The notes beneath the pieces were generated by a model, which made no database searches, had not been told where the DNA came from, and saw nothing but the letters and a program-made list of their open reading frames with translations. DNA of 64,000 bases from an uncultured Parcubacteria group bacterium (GTDB lineage: Bacteria; Patescibacteriota; Patescibacteriia; UBA9934; CAMTUG01). This document shows positions 26,998 to 35,856 of the stretch, one piece after another (positions within the stretch are counted from its first letter, which is position 1; each line of letters starts with the position of its first letter). Where the stretch lies: NCBI GenBank assembly GCA_947084965.1, contig CAMTUG010000001.1, positions 345,293 to 409,292 of the forward strand, given 5' to 3'. The position numbers and the translations under genes were made by a program.

Positions 26998-28683
26998 ATG
27001 TCGCATACGCCAAACTTTGACGCCAAGATCAACGCTGTCATCGACGCTTTGCCTGCGGGTAAGGACGCGGAGATCTGTCGCAAGTTTCGTGTCCCGCCAA
27101 TTAAAATGGATCCAACCGAGCAGTTGGATCTTCTAACCGGATTTAACACCGGAATGGCTTTTTTTTGGAAGCCGCACATGAAGACCGGTGTGCCACTGCT
27201 TTCGGCAATTCACCCAGATACCCCGATTCCTGTCGTCACCGAAGAGGAGTGGGTGGAGATGGATGCAACGACATTTGGTCAAGAGATTGATCTGGCACAG
27301 CCGGTGTTTGATCAACTCTGGGGATTAGTGACACGTGTCCCGCATAATCCGACGCGTAACTTGAATTGCACACAATCGGTCGCGGTTGGAACGATTAATG
27401 CTAATGATTGTTATTGCGTTTCTGCCTCGTATATTGTGAACCGCTGTTTATATGGATACGCCATGCTCAACGGGGAAGACTGTATCGATTCCGGCAATGG
27501 GATGAACGTCGCCCGTTCGTATCAATCCGGCGGAAGTAACGACATCAGTGATTGCCAGTATGTTTATGAATCAAAAGGGTGTTTGAACTCTTCGTTCTTA
27601 TTTGATTGCTGGAACTGCGAATTTTGTTTCGGAGCCACGAACCAGCGTAACAAACGGTTTCTCTTTTTTAATGAACAGTTAGACGAGGCGGAGTACAAAA
27701 AACGCCTTGCCGAGATTGATCTCTCCGATGCCTCGGTCGCTAACGTGTACATTAAGCGCTTTATGGCCTTATGGAGGGCGGAAGGTGTCTGGCCAGAGGC
27801 GTTTGGCTACGGAAATACCGAGGCGGAAGGGGAACACGTCTTCGGTTGTGTGCGTTGTCAGGAATGTTTCTGGCAGAACATGTCTGTTGACTGTTATCGT
27901 TGTCGTCTGGGTGCGAGCAACAGTGGTTGTGCGTACACATCAGGGGCCGGTTCCCAGCAGGATAGTTACATGACGACCGGAGGTACGTTCGGATCAGGAA
28001 ACAAGTTTTGCGTTGGTGCAACCAAATGCATTGGCTGTGAGTATTGTTTTAATTGTCGTGAGTGCGAGAACTGCTTTGGATGCGTTGGATTACAGCACAA
28101 GAAGTTTTGTATTTTTAACAAACAGTATACGGAGGAAGAATACTGGCGTCGTTTGGATGAACTTAAGTGTCAGATGTTAGAAGCAGAAGAGTACGGGTCG
28201 TTTTTCCCAGCCAAGTTTTCACCGTGTGGATTGCAGTTTTCCGCCGGGGAGATTTATGTTGGATACAGCGCTGAGCGTCTGAAGCAGTACGGGGCGCCGT
28301 ATCTTGATCCAAAACGCGGGCAGGTCTTTGCCCCACATCCGCAGGAGCTACAGCCGATTGAAGCTGACAGCTTACCGCTTCGTTTAGATGATGTTGATTC
28401 ATCGCTGTTCGTGGGAAAAGCTATTCATGATCCAGAATGCGATCGTCTTTTTACGATTCTCCCCTCTGAATTTGAAACGTATAAGGCGAAGCGTTGGCCC
28501 CTACCACGAAGGCACTTTACGACGCGGCTGATTGAGCTCGTCCGTCGCTCTAACTCGCCTATGCCAAAAGATGCTGAATGCGCTGCGTGTCATGTGGCGA
28601 TCACTACCTATCGTAACTTCACCTTTCCAGAACGGACGGTCTATTGTCGTTCATGTTACTTGAAGTTTTTGGAGACGCGCTAA
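26998..28683 (+). CDS. Cys-rich paralog family protein, member 7 of 10 (N-terminally truncated variant)
   Basis: MSHTPNFDAKINAVIDALPAGKDAEICRKFRVPP…. Lacks the GERVCxxTGEKW…WYKKFNVPP segment found in the other members. The rest of the family signature is intact. Confidence 0.65.
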   Translation: MSHTPNFDAKINAVIDALPAGKDAEICRKFRVPPIKMDPTEQLDLLTGFNTGMAFFWKPHMKTGVPLLSAIHPDTPIPVVTEEEWVEMDATTFGQEIDLAQPVFDQLWGLVTRVPHNPTRNLNCTQSVAVGTINANDCYCVSASYIVNRCLYGYAMLNGEDCIDSGNGMNVARSYQSGGSNDISDCQYVYESKGCLNSSFLFDCWNCEFCFGATNQRNKRFLFFNEQLDEAEYKKRLAEIDLSDASVANVYIKRFMALWRAEGVWPEAFGYGNTEAEGEHVFGCVRCQECFWQNMSVDCYRCRLGASNSGCAYTSGAGSQQDSYMTTGGTFGSGNKFCVGATKCIGCEYCFNCRECENCFGCVGLQHKKFCIFNKQYTEEEYWRRLDELKCQMLEAEEYGSFFPAKFSPCGLQFSAGEIYVGYSAERLKQYGAPYLDPKRGQVFAPHPQELQPIEADSLPLRLDDVDSSLFVGKAIHDPECDRLFTILPSEFETYKAKRWPLPRRHFTTRLIELVRRSNSPMPKDAECAACHVAITTYRNFTFPERTVYCRSCYLKFLETR

Positions 28684-28684
28684 T

Positions 28685-30415
28685 ATGTCGCATACACCAA
28701 ATTTTGATAGCAAATTACAAGCTCTTCTCGACGCCACCACGCCGGGTGAGCGCGTTTGTCGCATCTCTGACGAACGCTGGCTGCTCACGCCAGAGGAGAT
28801 CGATCGCTGTCGCGCTTGGGGTGTGCCTCCAAGCCCATACGCCCCAACAATGCGCCTCAAGCTGCTCGCTGCCTCAGCTGCGGGAGTTGATCTGTGGTGG
28901 CGTCCGCACGCTTTGACCCAAAAACCGATCCTTTCTTCTAGTGATCCGGACGCCCTTGCGCCCGTGGTGACAGACGATGAATGGTATACGCTCGATGATG
29001 GTTCTGCTCACGGCTTTTCTGCCGACGCGGAGCGTCCATTTTTTGAACAGTATGTTAAACTGATCCCGCTCATTCCGATGCAGGCGAACTACTCAACCGG
29101 ATCAGAAAACTGCATTGGGGGTGGTTTTGAAAAGTGCGTTAACGGATTCATGATATTCGGGTCGTTCACTTTGCAGGATTGCTGGTACACCTTTCGCAGT
29201 AAATCGGATGAGCGCTGTATGGATGTGGCATTCGTCGCTTACTCGCAGGACTGTTTTTCTTGCTGCATGGCCGACCGTTTGCACGGATGCACGCAGGTCT
29301 TTGATTCTCTTGATTGTATCAACTCACAATTCCTCTTTGACGCCCGCGACTGCGAATCCTGCTTCTGCTCGACCAACCTGCGTCGCCGCAAGTATGTTTT
29401 CATGAACGAACAGCTGACCAAAGACGAATATGAACGCCGGATGAGCGAGATCGATCTCGGCTGCTCGTCTGTCTTTGCAAAGTGGAAAGAGATCTTTCAT
29501 CAACTGCTTGCGACACAAGCGGTCTGGCCAGAGGCCTTTAGTATCAACTCGCCTGGGTGCGTTGGGGATTATCTATTGAATTGCCTGGATAGCTCGGGGT
29601 GGTACATGGATGATGCCCGCGACGTGCGAGGAGGATGGATGGTCTTCGGACAGTCCAGCCATTCGGAGGCGATCGTTGTGGCTCGCTCGGCGCAAGATGC
29701 GTACATGTCCGCTGGCGTCCTCGGAAGTCAGAATGTGAAGTTCTCGCTGGTGTCCAAGGACTCGACGGCGCTTGAGTATTGCAATAACTGTCGCGATTGC
29801 GAGAACTGCTTTGGCTGTCATTCGCTCCGCAGTAAAAAGTTTCATATCTTTAACAAGCCGTACAGCGAAGAGGAGTATTGGAAGACCATTGATGCCCTGA
29901 AGTGCGCCATGCTCGATCGTGGCGAGTACGGCCAGTGGTTTCCGCCGGTTGTTAGCAACTGGCGACCAGAAACGGGGTTCGCCTCTATTGTTTCGCCGCT
30001 GACGGATGTGGAGATCGCGCGTCTTGGTCTTACACCGTTCGATCCGAAGTCGGCGATGCGCTTTGCTCCGGCGAACAATCAAGCGGTCGGTAACTTGGCG
30101 GAAGTGCCAGACTGCATCGATCAGGTTGGTGCTGAATGGGCGAACGTGCCGTTTGACGATGTTTCTCAAGCTCGCCGGTTCAATGTGAGCTCACGCGAAG
30201 TTGAATTTCGCAAAGAGCGTCGTTATCCGTTTCCAAAATCGCATTACCGCGCTCGGCTGACCGAGCTTGTACGCCAGATCAACGGACCGGAAACGGAAAG
30301 CCGCCCCTGCGCCAAATGCCAGAAGGCGATGACAGTGAATAAAAATCAGATGTTCCCAGACCGTACGATCTATTGCATGGACTGTTTTTACACGTTCATC
30401 GAAAGTCGTGGTTAA
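28685..30415 (+). CDS. Cys-rich paralog family protein, member 8 of 10
   Basis: MSHTPNFDSKLQALLDATTPGERVCRISDERW…CAKCQKAMTVNKNQMFPDRTIYCMDCF. Confidence 0.7.
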   Translation: MSHTPNFDSKLQALLDATTPGERVCRISDERWLLTPEEIDRCRAWGVPPSPYAPTMRLKLLAASAAGVDLWWRPHALTQKPILSSSDPDALAPVVTDDEWYTLDDGSAHGFSADAERPFFEQYVKLIPLIPMQANYSTGSENCIGGGFEKCVNGFMIFGSFTLQDCWYTFRSKSDERCMDVAFVAYSQDCFSCCMADRLHGCTQVFDSLDCINSQFLFDARDCESCFCSTNLRRRKYVFMNEQLTKDEYERRMSEIDLGCSSVFAKWKEIFHQLLATQAVWPEAFSINSPGCVGDYLLNCLDSSGWYMDDARDVRGGWMVFGQSSHSEAIVVARSAQDAYMSAGVLGSQNVKFSLVSKDSTALEYCNNCRDCENCFGCHSLRSKKFHIFNKPYSEEEYWKTIDALKCAMLDRGEYGQWFPPVVSNWRPETGFASIVSPLTDVEIARLGLTPFDPKSAMRFAPANNQAVGNLAEVPDCIDQVGAEWANVPFDDVSQARRFNVSSREVEFRKERRYPFPKSHYRARLTELVRQINGPETESRPCAKCQKAMTVNKNQMFPDRTIYCMDCFYTFIESRG

Positions 30416-30416
30416 T

Positions 30417-32144
30417 ATGTCCAACACGCCCAACTACAACGCCAAAGTGAAGGCGATTCTCGAGGCGACAACGCCTGGGGAGCGGGTTTGTGCGTTAACG
30501 GGTGAGAAATGGATGCTGACAGATGAAGAGATCGGCTGGCTCAAAAAATTCCAGGTTCCGCCACATCCGTGGGCGCCGATCATGCGTTTGAAACAGATGA
30601 TGGGATTTCCGACTGGAATCGCCATCTGGCGCAAGCCCCACGCAGACACAGGGGAGCCGATCTTATCGTTCGTTCACCCAGACAATCCGTTCAAGGTGAT
30701 TACGGACAAAGAATGGTTTGCTCGAGACTTTGCGCAATCAACCAAAGAACTTGATCCTGACCGGCCGGTGTTCCCGCAACTGCAGGCACTAGCACAAGCA
30801 ACGCCTGTGGGCGCCCTGCGCGACGATGGAAGTAATATCAATTGCGTCGGCGTAGATATTATTGACGGCCAAGATTGCTACATGTTTTTTGGTGGCTACG
30901 GTAACAAACGCAGCATGTACGGTGCGGTTAGTTACGAATCTGAAGACGCTTGCCTGCTCACCAACACCAAGGGTATTCAGCGCTCCTACATGATCAATGC
31001 CTGTTCGGACCTGCATGGTTGTCGTTACTGTTTTCAAAATGGCAAGTTGATAAACTGCACTTTTTGTTTCGATTGTGACAATCTCGAATTTTGTTTTGGC
31101 GCATCAAATCAAAGTCACAAAAAGTATCTCTTCTGGAATGAACAGTTAACGAAAGAAGAGTGGGAACGTCGTGTTAGTGAAGTCGATCTTTCCGATCGTG
31201 GGGTTTGGGAAGCGCAGGTCAGGCGGTTTCATCAAATGGTTTGCGAAGAGGCGTACTGGCGTGCGGATTTTAACCTTGAGCCGCTCGAGGATAGCACTGG
31301 GGAATACTTGTTAAATTCGACCCGCCTGCACGATTGTTACTGGCAGGATGGCGGCACGGATCTCTATCGTTCTTGGATCGGGGTGGAGTCGCGCGAAAGT
31401 GCCTTTGTCGTTTGGTCCGGTTGGGGAGATGCGGCTTACATGTGCACAGATATTTTGAAGCATCATAATATCAAAATGTGCATGCGCGTCTGGCGTTCAC
31501 AAAACTTGGAATACTGTATCGATTGTTTTGACTGCGAGGACTGTTTTGGTTGTGTGGGCCTGCAACGCAAATCGTTCTGTATCTATAACAAACAGTACAG
31601 CGAAGCCGACTATTGGCAGAGGGTTGATGCCCTGAAGTGTGCCATGCTGGACCGTGGGGAGTACGGACAGTTTTTCCCCGCGCAGTTTTCTCAGGTCGGT
31701 TATGCCTATTCCATGGGGGAGTTGTACTTGGGCTACACACCGGAAGAATTGTCCCTTTTTGGAGCGCTGGAGTTTGATTCAACAAAGGGGAACGTGCATA
31801 CGGTCGATGGCACGCTCAAGGTAACGGATTTGCCGGACCGCCTGATAGACACCATTCCGGAGCAGCACGTGGGCAAGCCGATCCTCGACACCGCTCTCGG
31901 GCGACCGTTTACGATCACACCGACAGAGTTCGCCTTTTATCAGTCGCACGGGCTTCCTCTCCCACGCGAACACTTTTTGTCGCGAATGACGACCCTCTTC
32001 CGTCACGCCAACGGCCCAATCCCTGAACAGGCTCCGTGCGCCAAGTGCGGCACAAACGTGACAACGTGGAAAAACGCGCTCTTCTCCGGTCGCCGTCGTG
32101 TACTATGCAGGCCGTGTTATTTGCAGTATTTTGAGACACGATAA
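30417..32144 (+). CDS. Cys-rich paralog family protein, member 9 of 10
   Basis: MSNTPNYNAKVKAILEATTPGERVCALTGEKWMLTDEEIGW…CAKCGTNVTTWKNALFSGRRRVLCRPCY. Start at the conserved motif (tracked ORF begins at 30408). Confidence 0.7.
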   Translation: MSNTPNYNAKVKAILEATTPGERVCALTGEKWMLTDEEIGWLKKFQVPPHPWAPIMRLKQMMGFPTGIAIWRKPHADTGEPILSFVHPDNPFKVITDKEWFARDFAQSTKELDPDRPVFPQLQALAQATPVGALRDDGSNINCVGVDIIDGQDCYMFFGGYGNKRSMYGAVSYESEDACLLTNTKGIQRSYMINACSDLHGCRYCFQNGKLINCTFCFDCDNLEFCFGASNQSHKKYLFWNEQLTKEEWERRVSEVDLSDRGVWEAQVRRFHQMVCEEAYWRADFNLEPLEDSTGEYLLNSTRLHDCYWQDGGTDLYRSWIGVESRESAFVVWSGWGDAAYMCTDILKHHNIKMCMRVWRSQNLEYCIDCFDCEDCFGCVGLQRKSFCIYNKQYSEADYWQRVDALKCAMLDRGEYGQFFPAQFSQVGYAYSMGELYLGYTPEELSLFGALEFDSTKGNVHTVDGTLKVTDLPDRLIDTIPEQHVGKPILDTALGRPFTITPTEFAFYQSHGLPLPREHFLSRMTTLFRHANGPIPEQAPCAKCGTNVTTWKNALFSGRRRVLCRPCYLQYFETR

Positions 32145-32146
32145 GT

Positions 32147-33883
32147 ATGTCCAATACCCCGAATTTTGATCTGAAAGTGAAAGCAATTCTCGACGCCACT
32201 ACGGCTGGCGAGCGTGTTGATCGTTTGACGGGAGAGGCGTGGATGTTAACGGACACGGAGATCGATTGGTGTAAGAAGTTCAATGTACCACCAGCGACGG
32301 TCAGTCCAGAAACGCGCTGGAAGCACCATGGCGTTTGGTATGTTGGGTATCAGTATTGGTACCAATCGCATCCAGAAACGAGGAAGCCGATTATCTGCAC
32401 CGTCCATCCGGCGACAGGAATCAAAGTACTTCCAGACAAAGAATGGTTTGAAAAAGATTTTCTCTCCCACGGCCGCGAGTACCAACTCGACCGTCCATTT
32501 TTTGAGCAGTGGCGCGAACTGCAGCTTGCTGTACCGATGCCAGCCAGTCGCAATCATGTTGAGCCGGTCAATTCAATCGCCTTTGTATCGCAAGGTGATG
32601 AGGATAGCTATTTTGTCGGTGCTTCGAAAACAAAACGCACCTATTATGCTCATGCCGCCATGGATGTTGAAGATTGCGCAGAGGTATATGAATCCTCGAA
32701 GTTGCAGGAGTGTTTTAATGTCGCCGACTCTTCGCGTTTGCATCGGTGTTCATTTGTACGTGCGAGCTACGATTGTCTGAACTCCAGCTTCTTGTTTGAC
32801 TGCCGCAACTGTGAATTCTGTTTTGGTGCGACCAACAAGCGCAACAAGAAGTATCTGTGGTGGAACGAACAGTTAACGAAGGAGGAGTGGGAAAAACGAC
32901 GAGCGGAAGTTGATCTTGGGTCGCGTGCTGTTGTCAGTGAGCAGATGCAAAGATTCCGTACGTTCGTGCGCGAACGGGCCGTTTGGCCAGAAAATTTTAA
33001 CGATCATGCGATCGACTCGACAGGAGAGTATTTGTTCAAAACAACGCGGGTGATGGACTCCTATCTTTGCGGCGAAGGAGCGATAGACCAGTACTTCTGC
33101 AATTTTAGTTTCGGTCAGTCTGAGAACAATGCCTTTACAGGCTATCCCGTGAACGGAAGCGATATGTATTCTTGCGCCTCGATTTCCGGTCGGCGTCAGA
33201 AGTTTTGTTTTTTGACGATTCGTTCGGAGAATATGGAGTACTGCATGCTCTGTTATAATTGCACGGACTGCTTCGGGTGCATCGGGCTTCAACGCAAGCA
33301 GTTCTGCATTTTCAATAAACAATACACAGAGGAAGAGTATTGGAAGCGTGTAGATGCGCTCAGGTGCACTATGCTTGATCGCGGCGAGTATGGAGAGTTT
33401 TATCCAGCCGGGTTTTCACCGAGCTATCCGGGGGATTCGGGGGCGATGTATTGGTTTGGAGCGACCAAGGAAGAGTTGAAAAAGATGGGAGTGATGGAAT
33501 TTGAACCGGAATCCCTGGGAGCGATCGGGGAGGAATTGGCGGATCCTTCTAAAATGAGAAACGTGAGTGAGCTCCCGGATTATGTACGTGATCTCACCGA
33601 CGATTGGATCGGTGTGCCGTTGTTTGATCCGGTGGCAAACCGTCGCTTCGCTATGATTCGTCCAGAAGTTGAGTTTTACCGTCGGATGAACGTCGCTCCG
33701 CCGACCAAGCATTTCACTGCTCGGTTAAAGGATCTGTGGGTGGAGGTTAATCAAGGGAGCTTTATGGAAACTACCTGCACTGCTTGCGGAAAAGCGTTAC
33801 GCGTTGCCAAGAACGCAGGACACCCCGAACGGAAGATCCTTTGTATTGAGGACTATCTCAAATTCATCGAGCAACACGGATAA
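32147..33883 (+). CDS. Cys-rich paralog family protein, member 10 of 10
   Basis: MSNTPNFDLKVKAILDATTAGERVDRLTGEAW…FDCRNCEFCFGATNKRNKKYLWWNEQLTKEEWEKRR…CTACGKALRVAKNAGHPERKILCIEDY, with Cys replaced by Asp. Confidence 0.7.
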   Translation: MSNTPNFDLKVKAILDATTAGERVDRLTGEAWMLTDTEIDWCKKFNVPPATVSPETRWKHHGVWYVGYQYWYQSHPETRKPIICTVHPATGIKVLPDKEWFEKDFLSHGREYQLDRPFFEQWRELQLAVPMPASRNHVEPVNSIAFVSQGDEDSYFVGASKTKRTYYAHAAMDVEDCAEVYESSKLQECFNVADSSRLHRCSFVRASYDCLNSSFLFDCRNCEFCFGATNKRNKKYLWWNEQLTKEEWEKRRAEVDLGSRAVVSEQMQRFRTFVRERAVWPENFNDHAIDSTGEYLFKTTRVMDSYLCGEGAIDQYFCNFSFGQSENNAFTGYPVNGSDMYSCASISGRRQKFCFLTIRSENMEYCMLCYNCTDCFGCIGLQRKQFCIFNKQYTEEEYWKRVDALRCTMLDRGEYGEFYPAGFSPSYPGDSGAMYWFGATKEELKKMGVMEFEPESLGAIGEELADPSKMRNVSELPDYVRDLTDDWIGVPLFDPVANRRFAMIRPEVEFYRRMNVAPPTKHFTARLKDLWVEVNQGSFMETTCTACGKALRVAKNAGHPERKILCIEDYLKFIEQHG

Positions 33884-33884
33884 T

Positions 33885-34529
33885 ATGCATCAACGCGTTA
33901 CATTCAACACGACAGACGGGGTTGAGATCGTTGGTAATTTGTATCGTGGTGGGGCGGGGAGATTTGTGATTCTGCTCCATATGCGCCCTTCAACAAAAGA
34001 AGGATGGGAACTGCTTGCCACAAAACTGCAAGAACTGGGGACGACTGTGCTGGCGATTGATCAGCGCGGGCATGGAGAATCGACGATGCATGGGACGTTG
34101 AATTACGAGAACTTTTCGGACGAAGAAAGTCGAGCCAAGATTTTGGACGTCGAAGCGGCATTCGTGTTCCTCACGTCCCTCGGCGCGACGGAGGAGAACA
34201 CCAGCGTGATCGGCGGATCGATCGGGGCAAACTTGGCGATTCAGTTTTTGACTGAGCATCCCGGGATGAAAAAAGTCGTCGCCCTTTCACCCGGTTTGCT
34301 CTATCGCGGAGTATCGACGGACGACAAGGTTGTGAGGCTCGGGGCTGATCAACACATCTTGTTGGTTGCAAGCGATGACGACCAACATCGAGCGTACGAA
34401 GGCGCTCAAAAGCTCCACGAATTAAATCCAAGTCAGACGGAGCTGGTGCTCGTGAGCGGCCTCGGTCATGCGGAGGCGATGTTTGATAAAGACCCATCAC
34501 TCGCAGATAACGTGATCGCCTGGTTATGA
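33885..34529 (+). CDS. alpha/beta-hydrolase fold protein (dienelactone-hydrolase-like)
   Basis: GxSxG nucleophile elbow VIGGSIGANLAI. Terminal His in GLGHAEAMFD. Begins 1 nt after array member 10. Confidence 0.6.
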   Translation: MHQRVTFNTTDGVEIVGNLYRGGAGRFVILLHMRPSTKEGWELLATKLQELGTTVLAIDQRGHGESTMHGTLNYENFSDEESRAKILDVEAAFVFLTSLGATEENTSVIGGSIGANLAIQFLTEHPGMKKVVALSPGLLYRGVSTDDKVVRLGADQHILLVASDDDQHRAYEGAQKLHELNPSQTELVLVSGLGHAEAMFDKDPSLADNVIAWL

Positions 34530-35317
34530 GTATTCTCCAAGCAATCATTCTCGGCATCGTTCAAGGTATTTCTGAATTTCTTCCAATTTCAAGCTCGGGG
34601 CATTTGATTTTGATCCCGCGTCTGTTTGGCTGGGAAGATCAAGGCGTTGTGTTCGATGTTGCTCTGCACATGGCTACCCTTGCCGCCATCTTGTACGTCT
34701 TCTGGCCAGAAGTTTCGCGCACAGGCAAGGCGTTTATCGGCGACGTAAAATCTGCAGACGCCCGACTTGGTTGGATGATTATTGTCGCCACCGTGCCGGC
34801 CGTGCTCGTCGGACTCTTTTTTGGTGATGCGATTGAAACAGCGTTCCGCGATCCAAAGATCATCGCCCTGAACCTTGCCTTTTGGGGTGTTGTGCTCGCC
34901 CTAGCAGATCGTTTCGCTGTGAACCGAGGCCCACAGCAAGGTGTGCGTGTCACTTGGCGCTCGGCGATCGCGGCTGGATGCGCACAAGCCCTCGCCTTGA
35001 TCCCAGGTACTTCGCGTTCGGGAATCACCATCACTGCCGGCCTGTTCACTGGCCTTGATCGTGTGCAAGCCGCGCGGTTTTCTTTTCTTCTTGGGATCCC
35101 GGCGATTGCCGGTGCTGGGGCGCTGACGTTCGCCAGGGCTTACGCTGCCCAAACAGCGGTCGAATGGCTCCCCACGATCGTCGGTTTCACGGCCGCTCTT
35201 ATTGCTGGCATTGTCAGCATCAAGTGGCTTTTGCGTATTTTAACCAAAATCAGCTATTCCTGGTTTGCTTTTTATCGCATTTTGATCGCCATTTTGATCC
35301 TTGTCTTGATCGTCTAA
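34526..35317 (+). CDS. uppP: undecaprenyl-diphosphate phosphatase
   Basis: MSILQAIILGIVQGISEFLPISSSGHL… (BacA/UppP signature). 8 TM helices. Confidence 0.85.
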   Translation: MSILQAIILGIVQGISEFLPISSSGHLILIPRLFGWEDQGVVFDVALHMATLAAILYVFWPEVSRTGKAFIGDVKSADARLGWMIIVATVPAVLVGLFFGDAIETAFRDPKIIALNLAFWGVVLALADRFAVNRGPQQGVRVTWRSAIAAGCAQALALIPGTSRSGITITAGLFTGLDRVQAARFSFLLGIPAIAGAGALTFARAYAAQTAVEWLPTIVGFTAALIAGIVSIKWLLRILTKISYSWFAFYRILIAILILVLIV

Positions 35318-35319
35318 CC

Positions 35320-35348
35320 TTGACAAAAGGGGATTTGCCGAGTACGAT
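35320..35348 (+). promoter_or_regulatory. sigma70-like promoter TTGACA-17-TACGAT
   Basis: Consensus -35 with a 17-nt spacer, 24 nt upstream of the ATG at 35372. Confidence 0.4.
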
Positions 35349-35371
35349 CCTCCTCCACCCAAGGACCAACC

Positions 35372-35791
35372 ATGTTTCGTGATCTTCTCTTCGGTCTTCT
35401 CGACGTCATCGATCGCCGCCTCCGGACCAAGCGACCCGAGATGCGGATCGTCGATCCGCAGATCTTCATCGAGAAGATCATCGAAGCGTGCCCGGGCGAG
35501 CTCGACGTCCACATCTTCGGAACGGACAGCGGCGGGTGTGAGTTCGACCTCCTCGCGACCGAGCCGGACGGCCCCGGAACGCTCTACCGGGTGATCTTCT
35601 TCCCGGAGATGCACCCCTTCCCGCCGATCTACCGCGTCCTGGTCGCCCAACACGACGGGTGTGGCACCATCCGGAACCCCCTGCAGGTCCTTGAAGCGAA
35701 CCGTCACACGCTCCTGGACTACATCGGGATCGAGCGCCTCGAGAAGGCGGTCGGCATCCAACCGGTCCCTGAACAACTCGCCGAGGCCTGA
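35372..35791 (+). CDS. hypothetical protein in a high-GC islet
   Basis: 139 aa ORF at about 62% GC with strong GC3, unlike its neighbours. It has its own promoter. Confidence 0.45.
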   Translation: MFRDLLFGLLDVIDRRLRTKRPEMRIVDPQIFIEKIIEACPGELDVHIFGTDSGGCEFDLLATEPDGPGTLYRVIFFPEMHPFPPIYRVLVAQHDGCGTIRNPLQVLEANRHTLLDYIGIERLEKAVGIQPVPEQLAEA

Positions 35792-35856
35792 ACCTCGCGC
35801 TTCGACCCTCCCTGGACACTCCAGGGAGGGCCGCTGCTTGATAAAGGAGGATTTCT

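Larger units (their letters stand above)
16582..33883 (+). repeat. perfect tandem array of 10 diverged paralogous genes (Cys-rich ~561-581 aa family), joined by 1-2 bp TA(A/G)TATG junctions
   Basis: Ten consecutive same-frame-independent ORFs sharing N-terminal MS(N/H/Q/K)TP(N/Q)(Y/F)(D/E/N)…, central FDCRNCEFCFG…NEQLTKEEWE, …LEYCxxCYDCExCFGCVGL…LKCAMLDRGEYG, and a C-terminal CxxCGK…IYCxxCY. Confidence 0.85.

Noticed and set aside
25863-30169. Long antisense ORFs inside the array (e.g. 25863..26555-, 26577..27179-, 29573..30169-)
   Set aside because: They lie entirely within sense-strand genes that carry conserved family motifs. They have no RBS context and their compositions are skewed.
16582-33883. 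CRISPR array or other non-coding tandem repeat interpretation of the periodic ~1.73-kb unit
   Set aside because: Each unit is a full-length intact ORF with family-wide conserved protein motifs and strong divergence at the DNA level. There are no short direct repeats or spacers.
11360-34529. Integrative conjugative element / plasmid-derived T4SS island
   Set aside because: No relaxase, integrase, VirB4/VirB6/VirB8-10-like channel components, attachment-site repeats or flanking tRNA were found. The block sits between secDF and uppP and uses the genome's typical compact TA(A/G)TATG junction style. The coupling-protein homologs appear chromosomal.
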